This document shows positions 41,249 to 54,316 of a stretch of 64,000 bases of DNA, piece by piece. The notes under the pieces were generated by a model, which saw only the letters and a list, made by a program, of their open reading frames with translations, ran no database searches and was not told the origin of the DNA. Source of the stretch: Myxococcota bacterium (lineage in GTDB: Bacteria > Myxococcota_A > UBA9042 > PHBI01 > JAWLBL01); NCBI GenBank assembly GCA_041687695.1, contig JAWLBL010000005.1, positions 36,382-100,381 of the forward strand, read 5' to 3'. Numbering within the stretch: the first letter of the stretch is position 1; each line of letters starts with the position of its first letter. The position numbers and the translations under genes are program-made.

Positions 41249-42628
41249 ATGCCCACCGAAGATTTCCTGTCGAGCCTGCTCGATGAAGAGCTGACCAAGT
41301 CGATCCAGGTCATCGACAAGCTCGAGGTGACCCAGACGGCCAAGCAGCAGCTCCTGGGGCTCCTCATCCTGGACAAGCTGGGGCAGACCAAGCGGGTGTT
41401 CGCCTATGGCGAGCCGTTCGCCGCGGCCGAGCCGGCCTGCGCGCCCGAGTTCCAGCGCAGCTTCGAGCACGTCGACTGGGTCGACGGCGAGAGCGTGGTG
41501 CAGGCGGAGCAGACGCCCGGCGAGCTGGGCTTCAACCAGCGCTTCCACCGCATCGAGGACGACCTGGACGGCCTCGGCAAGGACGTGGCCAAGGCCTTCG
41601 CGTGCCTGGCCAGCCTGCGGCAGGAGGTGGCTGCGCGGCTCGAGGACCTCAGCCGAGCGCTGAACCTGGTCCACGGCGACATCCACCAGTGTTGCCACGC
41701 GAGCGCGCAGCCCGCGAGCGGCGGCACGGCCCAGGTCCTGCCGGCGCAGGGGTGGGGAGCGCTGAACCCGGCGCTCATCGCGGCGGCCGCAGGGTGGCAG
41801 ACCGGCGCGCCCGCCGGGCCGGCGCCCGCGCCCATCTTCCTGATGCCCGGCCAGCTCGCCTACGCGGGCGGCCAGCCCTGGATGTGGATGACCGGCCCCG
41901 GCGCCGGACCGCCCACTACCAGCGACCCGGCGCCCGTCGATCCGACGAAGCTGGCCCCGGGGGCCCGCGCGGCGGTCGGCGGGTTCGAGGCCACCTACGT
42001 GGGCGTCGAGGCGATGGCCGGCCGCTGGATGCACGTCTTCGCGAGCGACTTCGGGTTGCTGCTCAAGGCGGTCGAGGGCGAGGCGCCCACGGGCGAGGTC
42101 CGCTATCGGGACGCCGCGCTCGAGGACGTGGCGGCGGTGGCGAGGTGGGCCGCGAGCAACGAGCGTTTGGTCGCGCGCGCCTTCCCGGACGGCGGGGTGA
42201 CGGCCGAGGGCCTGCTCGCGCGCTTCGGCGACGCCGACGTGGGCGGCGGCCGCACCCTGGCCGAGGCCATGGCGGGCGTCCCGGCGGCGACGCGCTTCGA
42301 GGACGCCGGGGCCATCGGCGCGGAGGTCGCCGCCATCAAGGGCCAGGCGTTGCGCGCGAGCGGGCGCCGGTCGGCGGCGTTGGTCGGCGCGCTGGGGATG
42401 GAGGCGGCCGGAGCGCGTGCCGGGGCGTTGCCGCTGGGCCGCTTCGCGTGGATGCCCGACGAGGCGCGGCAGGTGCTGACGAAGGCCGGGCTGGGGACGA
42501 TCGCTGCGCTGGCGTCGGCGCCGACCAAGCAGCTGCTGGCGACGCTGAAGGCGGCCGGGGTCACGGCGGCCGCGGACGAGGTCGAGGCCTGGAAGGCGGT
42601 CGCGGGCGCGATCGGACAGGGCCAGTGA
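41249..42628 (+). CDS. putative tail fibre/accessory protein
   Basis: DWVDGESVVQA...GFNQRF plus coiled coil; HhH-like C-terminus (LTKAGLGTIAALASA); GAGAGG RBS. Confidence 0.5.
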   Translation: MPTEDFLSSLLDEELTKSIQVIDKLEVTQTAKQQLLGLLILDKLGQTKRVFAYGEPFAAAEPACAPEFQRSFEHVDWVDGESVVQAEQTPGELGFNQRFHRIEDDLDGLGKDVAKAFACLASLRQEVAARLEDLSRALNLVHGDIHQCCHASAQPASGGTAQVLPAQGWGALNPALIAAAAGWQTGAPAGPAPAPIFLMPGQLAYAGGQPWMWMTGPGAGPPTTSDPAPVDPTKLAPGARAAVGGFEATYVGVEAMAGRWMHVFASDFGLLLKAVEGEAPTGEVRYRDAALEDVAAVARWAASNERLVARAFPDGGVTAEGLLARFGDADVGGGRTLAEAMAGVPAATRFEDAGAIGAEVAAIKGQALRASGRRSAALVGALGMEAAGARAGALPLGRFAWMPDEARQVLTKAGLGTIAALASAPTKQLLATLKAAGVTAAADEVEAWKAVAGAIGQGQ

Positions 42629-42629
42629 C

Positions 42630-42983
42630 GTGGCGCCGCGGGCGGTAGCCTGTGAGGGGGACGTCGCCGCGGTGGTCGGGGCGACGCCGCTGACGCCGGC
42701 CAAGTCGGGGACGTGGACGGCCGACCCGGTGCGCCACGGCCGCTACGAGCACGTGCGGGTCGGCGGGACGCCCGTCGTGGTCGAGGCGCGCTGCGTCTTC
42801 CGCTTCTCGGGGGCGGACGCGGACGGCAAGGCGGTCGTCGGCGATGAAGAGGTCGTGCTGACGGCCGGGGCGACCGTGTGGATGGGTAGTGCCGAGGGCG
42901 TGCTGGCGCACGGGGACGCCGCGGCGAGCCCGCACGGCAACCGGCTGGAGGTGGTGAGCGCGCGGCCGGCGCGGACGGGCTGA
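42630..42983 (+). CDS. PAAR-like spike-tip protein
   Basis: 117 aa; AVACEGD...VRVGGTPV...C...GVLAHGD...HG pattern at the end of the operon. Confidence 0.55.
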   Translation: MAPRAVACEGDVAAVVGATPLTPAKSGTWTADPVRHGRYEHVRVGGTPVVVEARCVFRFSGADADGKAVVGDEEVVLTAGATVWMGSAEGVLAHGDAAASPHGNRLEVVSARPARTG

Positions 42984-42999
42984 GCGGGAAGCCGGCGGG

Positions 43000-45084
43000 T
43001 CACAAGCCGAGGGTGAGGCCGGCCCAGGAGGCGTCGGGGTCGGGGGCGCCGTGGGCGAAGGTGGCGAAGGGGCTGAGGAACAGGCCCAGGCGCGCGGACA
43101 GGAGGAGGTCGAGGCGCAGGGTGGCGTCGGCCTGCAGGTGGGGGCCGGGCGGACGCCAGGTGGGCAGCAGGGTGGCGTCCAGGCGCAGGCGGTGGGCGCC
43201 GGTGAGCGGCAGGACCAGCTCGAGGCGGGGGCCGAGCGCGGCGTGGAGCCAGTCGTCCGGGCCGAGGTAGGAGGCGAGGCGCAGCTCGAGGCCGGCGGCG
43301 AGGAGGCCGCGGAAGTCGTCGCGCTCGGCCAGGGTCAGGTGGGCGCGGGCGCGGAGGTCGAGGCCGAAGAGGAGGCCGGCGGCCGGGAGGGTGGCGCCGC
43401 CGAGGGAGAAGCCGAGGCCGAGGTGGCGGGCGAGCCAGGCGTCGGTGGGGCGGCCCTGCAGGCCGAAGCGGTCGTGGGCGAGGAAGACGAAGCGGGAGCC
43501 CTCGAAGACGGGGCGGTCGCCGTCCCAGCGGACGCGGGTCTCGCTGACCAGGCCCTGGTGGCGGGCGTGGGCGCCGAGGCCGGCGGCGCGGCGCTCGGTG
43601 GTGTCCTCGTCGAGGACGGCGTGGCGCAGGGCCAGGCGCGGGTGGCCGGCCGGGGTGACGCCGGCGCGGACGGCGGCGCGGCGGGAGCCGCTGGGGAGCA
43701 GCTCGGGCTCGGGGAGCGGGGCGACGCGGGCGGTGGGGCGGATGGGGAGGGTCGCGCGGAGGTCGAGGGCGGCGTCCATGGCGACGGTGGAGGTGGCCTC
43801 GTCGAGGTCGGGGCCGGCGCGGAGGGCCTCGTTCTCTGCGTCGATGACGGCGTCGGCGTACTCGGCGAGGGCGGCGCGGGTCGGCGGGGGCAGGGAGGCC
43901 GAGGCGAGGGCGTCGCGGAGGGCGCCGAGGGCGGCGGCGCGGGCGGGCTCGGGGGCGGCGCGGCTGCCGTGGGCGGCGGCGAAGCCGGGGACGGCGGCGA
44001 GGCGGGGGGCGAGGCGGTCGCGGGTGCGTTCGGCCTGCCGGGACAGGGTGCGGCGCGAGGGGACCATGCCGCGCAGGCGCAGGCGGACGTGCTCGAGGAG
44101 ATCGCTGACCACCTCGTGCGGGTGGACGAGGAAGCGGGCCTGGCGGGGCAGCTCGGGGGCGACGGCGCGGACGGCGTCCCAGGTGAGGCGGGCGCAGTTG
44201 ACCGACAGGAAGCGGTAGGGGACCGACATGCCGCCGTGGCGCTGGGCGAAGAGCTGGGCCAGGAAGTCGCGGCGCTCGGCGGGGGTGAGGACGAGGTCGT
44301 AGACGATGAGGTCGCGCTGCTCGCCGATGGCGTAGCGCAGGACCATCTCGTGGTGCTGGCTCTCGATGACGGTGGCGTCGACCTGGCCGGTCAGGCCGCG
44401 CCAGACGGCGTCCTCGGCGGCGCCGGGGCGGTCGAGGTCGACGGCGTAGGAGTAGACGGGCTCGAAGGACTGGCCGGTGACGAAGGCGTCGCCCTTGTGG
44501 CGGATGCGCAGGAAGAGGTGGCCGAAGGAGGAGGCCGGGTGGGCCCAGGAGGGGGTGGCGAAGAGGAGCTCGACGCCGTCGACGCGGTCGAGCTGGGCCC
44601 AGGCGTCGAAGGCCGGGCAGCCGCCGGTGTCGAGGGCGAGGGGGCCGGGGACGAGGTCGCGGGCGGCGAGGAAGCGGGCGCGGAGCGGGAAGCGGCAGGA
44701 GAAGTCGGGTTCGGTGAAGGCGCGGGCGAGGGAGGCGCGGAGGTCGGCGGCGGGGTCGGCGCGGCCGGCGCGGGTGGGGTAGCGGCCGGGGGCGGCGTCG
44801 AGGGCGGGGGCGGCCGGGAGGGGGGAGTCGGTGGGGGGTTCCCAGCCCATGATGGCGAGCCAGGCGGGGTCGCGGCTGAGGTGGTGGCGGGCGTCGAGGC
44901 GGGCGGCGAGGGCGAGGAGGAGGGCGAGCTCGCGGGTGCGCGGGGGGCCGTCGGGGAGGGGCGGGAGGGGGTGGGCGACGGCGCGGAGGGGGGCGGGGAG
45001 GCGGCGCGGGGGGGCGGCGGCGGCCGGGGCGGCGGCGAGGAGGGCGAGCAGGGCCGCGAGGGCGGCGAGGAGGACGGGGGGCAT
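43000..45084 (-). CDS. DUF4105 (Lnb N-terminal-like) domain outer-membrane protein
   Basis: CRFPLR..FL, SSFGHLFLR, YRFLSVNC motifs; beta-barrel-like C-terminus. Confidence 0.8.
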   Translation of the reverse strand: MPPVLLAALAALLALLAAAPAAAAPPRRLPAPLRAVAHPLPPLPDGPPRTRELALLLALAARLDARHHLSRDPAWLAIMGWEPPTDSPLPAAPALDAAPGRYPTRAGRADPAADLRASLARAFTEPDFSCRFPLRARFLAARDLVPGPLALDTGGCPAFDAWAQLDRVDGVELLFATPSWAHPASSFGHLFLRIRHKGDAFVTGQSFEPVYSYAVDLDRPGAAEDAVWRGLTGQVDATVIESQHHEMVLRYAIGEQRDLIVYDLVLTPAERRDFLAQLFAQRHGGMSVPYRFLSVNCARLTWDAVRAVAPELPRQARFLVHPHEVVSDLLEHVRLRLRGMVPSRRTLSRQAERTRDRLAPRLAAVPGFAAAHGSRAAPEPARAAALGALRDALASASLPPPTRAALAEYADAVIDAENEALRAGPDLDEATSTVAMDAALDLRATLPIRPTARVAPLPEPELLPSGSRRAAVRAGVTPAGHPRLALRHAVLDEDTTERRAAGLGAHARHQGLVSETRVRWDGDRPVFEGSRFVFLAHDRFGLQGRPTDAWLARHLGLGFSLGGATLPAAGLLFGLDLRARAHLTLAERDDFRGLLAAGLELRLASYLGPDDWLHAALGPRLELVLPLTGAHRLRLDATLLPTWRPPGPHLQADATLRLDLLLSARLGLFLSPFATFAHGAPDPDASWAGLTLGL

Positions 45085-45087
45085 GGG

Positions 45088-45810
45088 TCAGAGGGCGGCG
45101 GAGGGGGCCGCGGGGACGAGCGGGGCGAGCTCGGGGTCGGCGCGGACGGCGGCGAGGAGGGCGGCGCCGAAGGCGCGGGTGTCGTCGAGGGTGACGTCGG
45201 CGCCGGACAGGGGCAGGAGGAGGGCCTCGCGGTGGGCGCGGAGGGCGCGGGCGACGGCCGGGAGGCGGGCTTCGGGCAGGCGCAGGGTCATGGCGACGTC
45301 GGAGACGAGCGGGCCGTCGCCGCGGCTGAGGTCGATGCGCAGGGCGCGGCGGTGGGCGGCGAGGTAGCGGCGGGCGCGCTCGATCTCGGCGCCGACCGGG
45401 GCGCCGACCTCGTCGCGGCGGGCGGTCAGGACGACGGCAGCGACGCCGAGGGCGGTGAGGCCGGTCAGGGTCGTGGACAGGACCAGGTTGGTGCCGTCCT
45501 CGCCGCTGGTGCCCTTGGAGCTCTCCTCGGAGGAGCCGGCGGTCGACTCGCGGCTGGAGTCCTTGGAGGAGTCGTCCGAGCGGGACGAGTCGCCGGAGCC
45601 CTTGGACGAGTCGGCCGAGCCCTTGGAGGAGTCACCGGAGCCCTTGGAGCTGTCGCCCGAGCCTTTGGAGCTGTCGCCCGAGCCCTTGGACGAGTCGCCG
45701 GAGCCCTTGGACGAGTCGCCCGACTGGCTCTGGGCGCCGCCGCAGGCCGGGGTCGCGGCGAGGAGCGCGCCGAGGGCGCAGATGGCGAGGCCGCGGGAGG
45801 GGAGTCGCAT
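45088..45810 (-). CDS. DUF3015-like lipoprotein with SKGSGDS repeats
   Basis: GAGGAGGT RBS; TPAC lipobox; LRIDLSRGDGPLV motif; 21-bp tandem repeats at about 45580-45722; usual neighbour of DUF4105. Confidence 0.6.
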   Translation of the reverse strand: MRLPSRGLAICALGALLAATPACGGAQSQSGDSSKGSGDSSKGSGDSSKGSGDSSKGSGDSSKGSADSSKGSGDSSRSDDSSKDSSRESTAGSSEESSKGTSGEDGTNLVLSTTLTGLTALGVAAVVLTARRDEVGAPVGAEIERARRYLAAHRRALRIDLSRGDGPLVSDVAMTLRLPEARLPAVARALRAHREALLLPLSGADVTLDDTRAFGAALLAAVRADPELAPLVPAAPSAAL

Positions 45811-45968
45811 GCCGTAGTACCTCCTCGGTGTGTGAATACACCCTATCCCGGCGATGGGCTGGGCGGAAGGCGGCGCTGGGTGAAATGTCACTGTCATGCG
45901 GCCGGTTGAGTTGCGGCCGCCGAGGGGCTAAACAGGGCCGCTCGACTCCTCATGGGTAGCCGCCGGAC

Positions 45969-46598
45969 TTGAAGCACGACGCCCCCCTCCCCTGCCCTCC
46001 CCCCGAACCGCTCGCCGTGACGGGCCGCGCCGGCCGCTGGCTGTGGGCGGCCTATGGGCTGCTGATGGCGCTGGGGCTGGCTGCATACGCGGCGGCGCCG
46101 CGGGTGACCGAGACGCCCGCGCGCGTCGGGACCCGGGCGGCGCCGGAGGCGGCGAACCTGGCGCACGTGGCGCAGGGGGCGCGCGTGGTGGCCAGCAGCT
46201 TCATGATGAACGCGCACCACCACCCGCTGTACCTCATCGACGGCGAGGCGCGGCCGTCGCCCATGGAGAAGTGGGTGGCGGCGGCGGACGACGCGGCGCC
46301 GTGGATCGAGGTGCGGCTGGCGCGGCGGGCGCGGCTCGAGGCGCTGGTGCTGGAGCTGGCGGGGGCCCACGGCGAGCCGGTGACGACGAACATGGCGAAC
46401 TACGAGGTCGCCTGCGTGGACGAGGGGCGGGTCGTGGCGAGCTTCGACGTAGTGGGCAACCTGGACGACCGGCCGCGGACCGCGCTGGGCGGCTGCGAGG
46501 CGGACGCGGTGCGCGTGCGGTTCTCGGTGGGGCCGGAGCGCACCCCGCAGGCGCTGGTGCGGGTGTTCGAAGCGCGCGTGCTGGGGGCGTGGCTGTGA
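45969..46598 (+). CDS. discoidin/F5-8 type C-like domain membrane protein
   Basis: NLA...GARVVASS...LIDG...W.....PWIEV.L. Confidence 0.6.
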   Translation: MKHDAPLPCPPPEPLAVTGRAGRWLWAAYGLLMALGLAAYAAAPRVTETPARVGTRAAPEAANLAHVAQGARVVASSFMMNAHHHPLYLIDGEARPSPMEKWVAAADDAAPWIEVRLARRARLEALVLELAGAHGEPVTTNMANYEVACVDEGRVVASFDVVGNLDDRPRTALGGCEADAVRVRFSVGPERTPQALVRVFEARVLGAWL

Positions 46599-48076
46599 GC
46601 GTGGCGCCGACGACGCCGGTCGAGCCGCAGACGGGCGCGACGCCCACGCCGACGCCCGCGAAGGCGTCGCTGGGCCTGTGGCTGCTGGGGCTGATGGCCG
46701 CCGGGTTGGTGGTGCGCGCCTGGTACACGTCGCTTCAGGGCGGGCTGCACTACCCCGACGCCATCTTCCAGTACCTCGAGCCGCCCTGGGCGATGATGCA
46801 CGGCGACGGCTGGATGCCCTGGGAGTTCGTGCGCGGGGCGCGCAACTGGCTCATCCCGTGGCACTACGGGGCGCTGATGGGCCTTGGGGACCTCTTCGGG
46901 CTGCGCGGGTTGGACCTGTACCACCTCTTGTGGGCCCACAACGTCCTGCTGTCGCTGGCCATCATCCCGGCCGGCTACCGGCTGGGGCGCGCGATGGGGC
47001 GCGGGGACGGGCGGCTGGGCCTGCTGGTCGCCGGGGCCTTCGCGCTGTTCCCGACCTTCGGCGTGTTCGCGCCGCACACGCTCAGCGAGGGCCACGCCCT
47101 GGTCTTCACGACCTGGGCCTACGCGCTGTGGATGGAGCAGGTCGTCTGGCCCGGGGCGGCCGGCGGGCGGCGCCGCGCCTTCGCCATCGGTGTGTTGCTG
47201 GGCGGGGTGTTCATCGCGCGGGTGTCGCTGGCCGTGTTCCTGCCGCTGGTCTTGCTGGACTACCTGGGGCGGCGGCGCTGGGCGCACCTCGCGGCAGGCT
47301 CGGCCGGGTTCCTGGCGGCCATGGCGGTGCTGGGGCTGTCGGATTGGGTGGCGTGGGGGACGCCGTTCCAGTCCATCATCGAGTACGTGAAGTTCAACTG
47401 GGTCGAGGGCGGCGCGGCGCGGCTCGAGGTCAAGCCGCGGGGCTGGTACTGGGAGACGCTGTTCCTCGAGCGGCTGGGGGCGGCGACCTGGCTGGTGGTG
47501 GCGGCCAACGCGGCGGCGCTGTGGCGGCACTGGCGCATGGTGCTGGCGTGGGTGCTGCCGCTGGTGGCGCTGAGCGCGCTGGGCATCAAGCAGGAGCGCT
47601 TCCTGCTGACCATCTGGCCCTTCGTGCTGGCCGGGATGGTCGGCGGGCTGTGGGAGCTGTCGCGGTGGGTGCCGCGGGCGCGGTGGGCGCCGGCCGCGGT
47701 GGCCGTGGCGCTGGTCTGCGCGTTCAACGTGGCAGGGCTGCGGTCGATGGAGCAGCTGCGCTGGAAGGCTGGCGTGTTCGCGGCGCAGGACTGGATCGGC
47801 CGGCAGGGCACGGCGACCGGCGTCCTGCACGAGGCCGAGACCCACATCCACGGGGGCAAGACCCTGCTGGGCGAGGCCGTGCCGATGGTGCGCTACAGGT
47901 CGGCGCTGCGCGGTCACCGGCTGTTCAACTTCGTCATCGCCGAGTCCGAGCGGCTGACGAAGGGGCTCGGACGCGACCGCCACTGGCGACAGGCCGCGAC
48001 CTTCGAGCAGGGGGTCGTCGTCTTCGAGCGGGTCGACGGCTGGACGGCCAGAGCGCCGGACGCGCCGACGCCCTGA
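46595..48076 (+). CDS. GT-C family glycosyltransferase (Alg9/PIG-B-like mannosyltransferase)
   Basis: YPDAIFQYLEP...PWEF..GARNW, KQERFL, many TM helices; GTGA-coupled start. Confidence 0.75.
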   Translation: MSVAPTTPVEPQTGATPTPTPAKASLGLWLLGLMAAGLVVRAWYTSLQGGLHYPDAIFQYLEPPWAMMHGDGWMPWEFVRGARNWLIPWHYGALMGLGDLFGLRGLDLYHLLWAHNVLLSLAIIPAGYRLGRAMGRGDGRLGLLVAGAFALFPTFGVFAPHTLSEGHALVFTTWAYALWMEQVVWPGAAGGRRRAFAIGVLLGGVFIARVSLAVFLPLVLLDYLGRRRWAHLAAGSAGFLAAMAVLGLSDWVAWGTPFQSIIEYVKFNWVEGGAARLEVKPRGWYWETLFLERLGAATWLVVAANAAALWRHWRMVLAWVLPLVALSALGIKQERFLLTIWPFVLAGMVGGLWELSRWVPRARWAPAAVAVALVCAFNVAGLRSMEQLRWKAGVFAAQDWIGRQGTATGVLHEAETHIHGGKTLLGEAVPMVRYRSALRGHRLFNFVIAESERLTKGLGRDRHWRQAATFEQGVVVFERVDGWTARAPDAPTP

Positions 48077-48089
48077 CCCGCCCCGCGCG

Positions 48090-48440
48090 TCAGCGCTCGC
48101 TGTCTCGGCCGGAGCGCCAGGCGCGCGGCATCTGCTGTCCCTCGGCGCCCTCGAGGCTGATGTTGCCGTCGGCCTCCGGGCCGTGGGCGTCGACCATGTC
48201 CATCTCCCAGATGCGCTCGGGCACCTCGGGATCCGGCGAGTCGGGCCCCTCGACCTCCTCGTCGTCCTGCGGCTGGAGGATGCGCTCCATGGCCTTGACG
48301 TAGGTGCTCTCGGCGTGGCCGTCCGCCTCCTCGAAGCGCAGCGGCTCCTCCTCGTCCGGCGACAGCTCGGGGCTCACCTCGCCCGGCTCGCGGATCTCGT
48401 CCTCGCCGCGCTGATGTCGGTCTCGCGTGGACTTCGCCAT
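48090..48440 (-). CDS. small acidic hypothetical protein
   Basis: 116 aa, GGAGGAG RBS, E/D-rich. Confidence 0.6.
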   Translation of the reverse strand: MAKSTRDRHQRGEDEIREPGEVSPELSPDEEEPLRFEEADGHAESTYVKAMERILQPQDDEEVEGPDSPDPEVPERIWEMDMVDAHGPEADGNISLEGAEGQQMPRAWRSGRDSER

Positions 48441-48553
48441 GGGGTGCTCCTCCCGTCGGGACGCCCTCGATGCTCGCGGGCGCGGCCGTCCCGCGCCGTC
48501 GCCCACGAGACAACGGTAAGGACCCGACGGGTGGGTTCCACGCAGCGGACCGG

Positions 48554-49789
48554 TCAGCGCTCGTTGGCGACGACGCGCACTCGAGCCGCCGCGGCCGTCG
48601 CCCGCTCGCGCGCCTCGCTGGGCGACTCGCCGTGGGTCACCACCACGCCCATGCGGCGACCTGGGCGGGTCGTCGGCTTGCCGAACAGGCGCACCTTGTT
48701 GCGCGGGTCCGTCAACGCCGCCTCGACGCCCTCGAAGGTCGGCGCCGCTCCCGCCCGGTCGGCCCGGATGACCGCCGACGCCCCCGGCCCGCGCAGGATG
48801 ACCCGCCCGATGGGCAGCCCCAGGATGGCCCGGACGTGCAGTTCGAACTCGCTCATGTCCTGCGTCGCCATCGTCACCATGCCGGTGTCGTGCGGGCGCG
48901 GGCTGACCTCGCTGAAGACGACGTCCTCGTGGCCCTCGGCGTCGCGCGTGATGAACAGCTCGACCCCGAACAGCCCCTCGCCGCCCAGCGCCCCGGTGAT
49001 GGCCTCGGCGATGGCCTCGGCGCGCGCCAGGGTCGCGCCCGACAGGATCTCGGGCTGCCAGGACTCGACGTAGTCGCCCTTTTCCTGGCGGTGGCCGATG
49101 GGCGGGCAGAACAGCGTGCCCTCGGCGCGGGTGCGCACGGTCAGCAGGGTGATCTCGGTCTCGAAGCGGACGAAGCCCTCGACGATGACGCGGCTCGCGC
49201 GGCCGCGCTTGCCGGACTGGGCGTACTCCCAGGCGCGCTGGACGTCCTCGGGGCCGTCGGCGGTCGACTGGCCCTTGCCCGAGCTGCTCATGACCGGCTT
49301 GACGATGCACGGAAAGCCCACCTCGGCGGCGGCCGTCCGGACGCCCTCGAGGCTGTCGGCGAAGCGGTAGGGGCTGGTCGGCAGGCCCAGCTCCTCGGCG
49401 GCGAGGCGGCGGATGCCCTCGCGGTCCATGGTGAGGCGCGCGGCGCGGGCGGTCGGGACCACCTTCCAGCCCTGGGCCTCGAGGGCGACCAGCTCGTCGG
49501 TGGCGATGGCCTCGATCTCGGGGACCACGAAGTGGGGGCGCTCGGCCTCGACGGCGGCGCGCAGGGCGGCGGGGTCCTGCATGTCGAAGACGCGGGCGCG
49601 GTGGGCGACCTGCATGGCCGGCGCGTGCTCGTAGCTGTCGCAGGCGATGACCTCGACGCCCAGGCGCATCGCCTCGAGGGCGACCTCGCGGCCCAGCTCG
49701 CCCGAGCCGAGCAGCATCAGGCGCGTGGCGTTGGGGGTGAGGGGCGTGCCGAAGGTGGACGGCGGCGGCGGCGGCGTGGGCTGGGCCAT
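48554..49789 (-). CDS. purT: formate-dependent phosphoribosylglycinamide formyltransferase
   Basis: [45 protein letters not shown]. Confidence 0.95.
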   Translation of the reverse strand: MAQPTPPPPPSTFGTPLTPNATRLMLLGSGELGREVALEAMRLGVEVIACDSYEHAPAMQVAHRARVFDMQDPAALRAAVEAERPHFVVPEIEAIATDELVALEAQGWKVVPTARAARLTMDREGIRRLAAEELGLPTSPYRFADSLEGVRTAAAEVGFPCIVKPVMSSSGKGQSTADGPEDVQRAWEYAQSGKRGRASRVIVEGFVRFETEITLLTVRTRAEGTLFCPPIGHRQEKGDYVESWQPEILSGATLARAEAIAEAITGALGGEGLFGVELFITRDAEGHEDVVFSEVSPRPHDTGMVTMATQDMSEFELHVRAILGLPIGRVILRGPGASAVIRADRAGAAPTFEGVEAALTDPRNKVRLFGKPTTRPGRRMGVVVTHGESPSEARERATAAAARVRVVANER

Positions 49790-49844
49790 CGGGGTGCTCG
49801 GGGGTGCTGGAGGTTGGGAGGGGTGGGTCGAGGAGGCCGGAGGG

Positions 49845-52871
<3,027 letters not shown>

Positions 52872-52996
52872 GCCCGGCTCGAGTCCCTCCCCTGAAAGAC
52901 CTGGTTCCTACCCGAAGCGCCGAAATTTTGCAATTCGGCACACTTGGACGCGAACGCGCGCGCCGCCGCCCGCGCGCCGTCGTTCCCGCGAGGCGC

Positions 52997-54316
52997 TCAG
53001 CGCACCAGGCGGAAGGTCGCGAACACGTACGGGTACTGATCGCGGTACCAGTTCCGGAAGCTGGGCCGCAGCAGCCGCGTCGCCGTGGGCCAGGCCGCGC
53101 CGAAGACGACCATGTGGCGCCCGTCGAAGAAGTCCGCCGAGTACCCCGGGTAGGTGCGCGCCCAGGGGCGAAAGCCCGGCAGGGGACCAAAGGGGGTCGC
53201 GGTGTGCTCCCAGCCGTTGCCGACCAGCTCGTGGACGCCGAAGGCGCTGGCGCCGTCGGGCCGCGCGCCGACCGGGACCGGGGCCATGGCGTGGAAGTCG
53301 AACGCGCCGTGCCGCGCGGCCGGCGGGTCGTCGCCCCACGGGAAGGGGCGCTCGCCGCCGCCGGGCTCGCCGTAGGCGGCGCGGTGCAGCTCGGCCTCGG
53401 TGGGCAGCCGCCCGCCGGCCCAGCGCGCGTAGGCGGTCGCCTCGGCATAGGACACGTAGACGGGCCAGCCGTAGGCGTCGGTGAGCGGGACGTCCTCGAA
53501 CAGCGAGCGGACGCGCCAGCCTTCCGGCGCCGGCGTCCATCCCTGCGGGTGCTGGCGGCCCGTGGCGCGCAGCCAGGCGCGGTCGGCGGGCGACCACCAG
53601 GCCGGGTCGCGGTAGCCGCCGGCGTCGACGAAGGCCAGGAACTCGCCGACCGTGACCGGGACCGAGTCGAGCCGGAAACCGGGGACGTGGACCTGGAGGC
53701 GGTCGAGCTCATTGTCCCAGGCGAAGGGGACCTCGGACAGACGGGTGCCCAGGGTCGCGCGGCCCGGAGGGACCTCGACCGACTCACGGGCGCGCGGCGG
53801 CCCCAGCTCGAGGGGCAGGGCCTCGGCGGGGCGGCGCAGGAGCGCCGGATCGAGCGCCTGCATCATGTAGAGCAGCGTCTCGTGGTGCATCAGCTCGTGC
53901 TCGAGCACGAGGTGCAGCACCCGCGCCCCCGCCGCCAACGCGTCGCGGGGGGCGCGATCGGCCAGGGCGTCGGCCAGCGCGGGCAGCTGGGCCCGGACGG
54001 CGTCTCGGTAGGCCAGGACGGCGGAGATTTCAGGCCATTGCTCGGCGTCGGACGCCGGGGCGGCCGCCTCGTCGGGCGGATCGATGCCGCGCTCGAACAG
54101 CAGGTCGAAGCGCGCCTCGAGCGGCGGGCGGCCCAGCACGCCGCGCGCGACCTGGTTCCAGGCGAAGGCAGGCAGGTGGCCCAGGTAGAAGACGAACGGG
54201 TGCCGCAGCGGGATGGGGCGCGACGGCAGGGCCTCGGGGCGCAGCCACGCGAACAGGGCGTCCGAGCGCGCCCAGGCGGCCCGCAGCTCGTCCAGGACGG
54301 CCGCGGCGTCGGTCAT
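52997..54316 (-). CDS. egtB: ergothioneine sulfoxide synthase (EgtB/Egt1-like, DinB plus FGE-sulfatase domains)
   Basis: FYLGH, FERGIDP, EHELMHHET iron-binding motif, RLPTEAE, GNGWE, SFRNWY. Confidence 0.85.
   Translation of the reverse strand: MTDAAAVLDELRAAWARSDALFAWLRPEALPSRPIPLRHPFVFYLGHLPAFAWNQVARGVLGRPPLEARFDLLFERGIDPPDEAAAPASDAEQWPEISAVLAYRDAVRAQLPALADALADRAPRDALAAGARVLHLVLEHELMHHETLLYMMQALDPALLRRPAEALPLELGPPRARESVEVPPGRATLGTRLSEVPFAWDNELDRLQVHVPGFRLDSVPVTVGEFLAFVDAGGYRDPAWWSPADRAWLRATGRQHPQGWTPAPEGWRVRSLFEDVPLTDAYGWPVYVSYAEATAYARWAGGRLPTEAELHRAAYGEPGGGERPFPWGDDPPAARHGAFDFHAMAPVPVGARPDGASAFGVHELVGNGWEHTATPFGPLPGFRPWARTYPGYSADFFDGRHMVVFGAAWPTATRLLRPSFRNWYRDQYPYVFATFRLVR

Noticed and set aside
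52997..54316. Selenoneine (senA) or ovothiol (ovoA) assignment
   Set aside because: No senB/selD neighbours and no fused C-terminal methyltransferase; the adjacent egtD favours ergothioneine.
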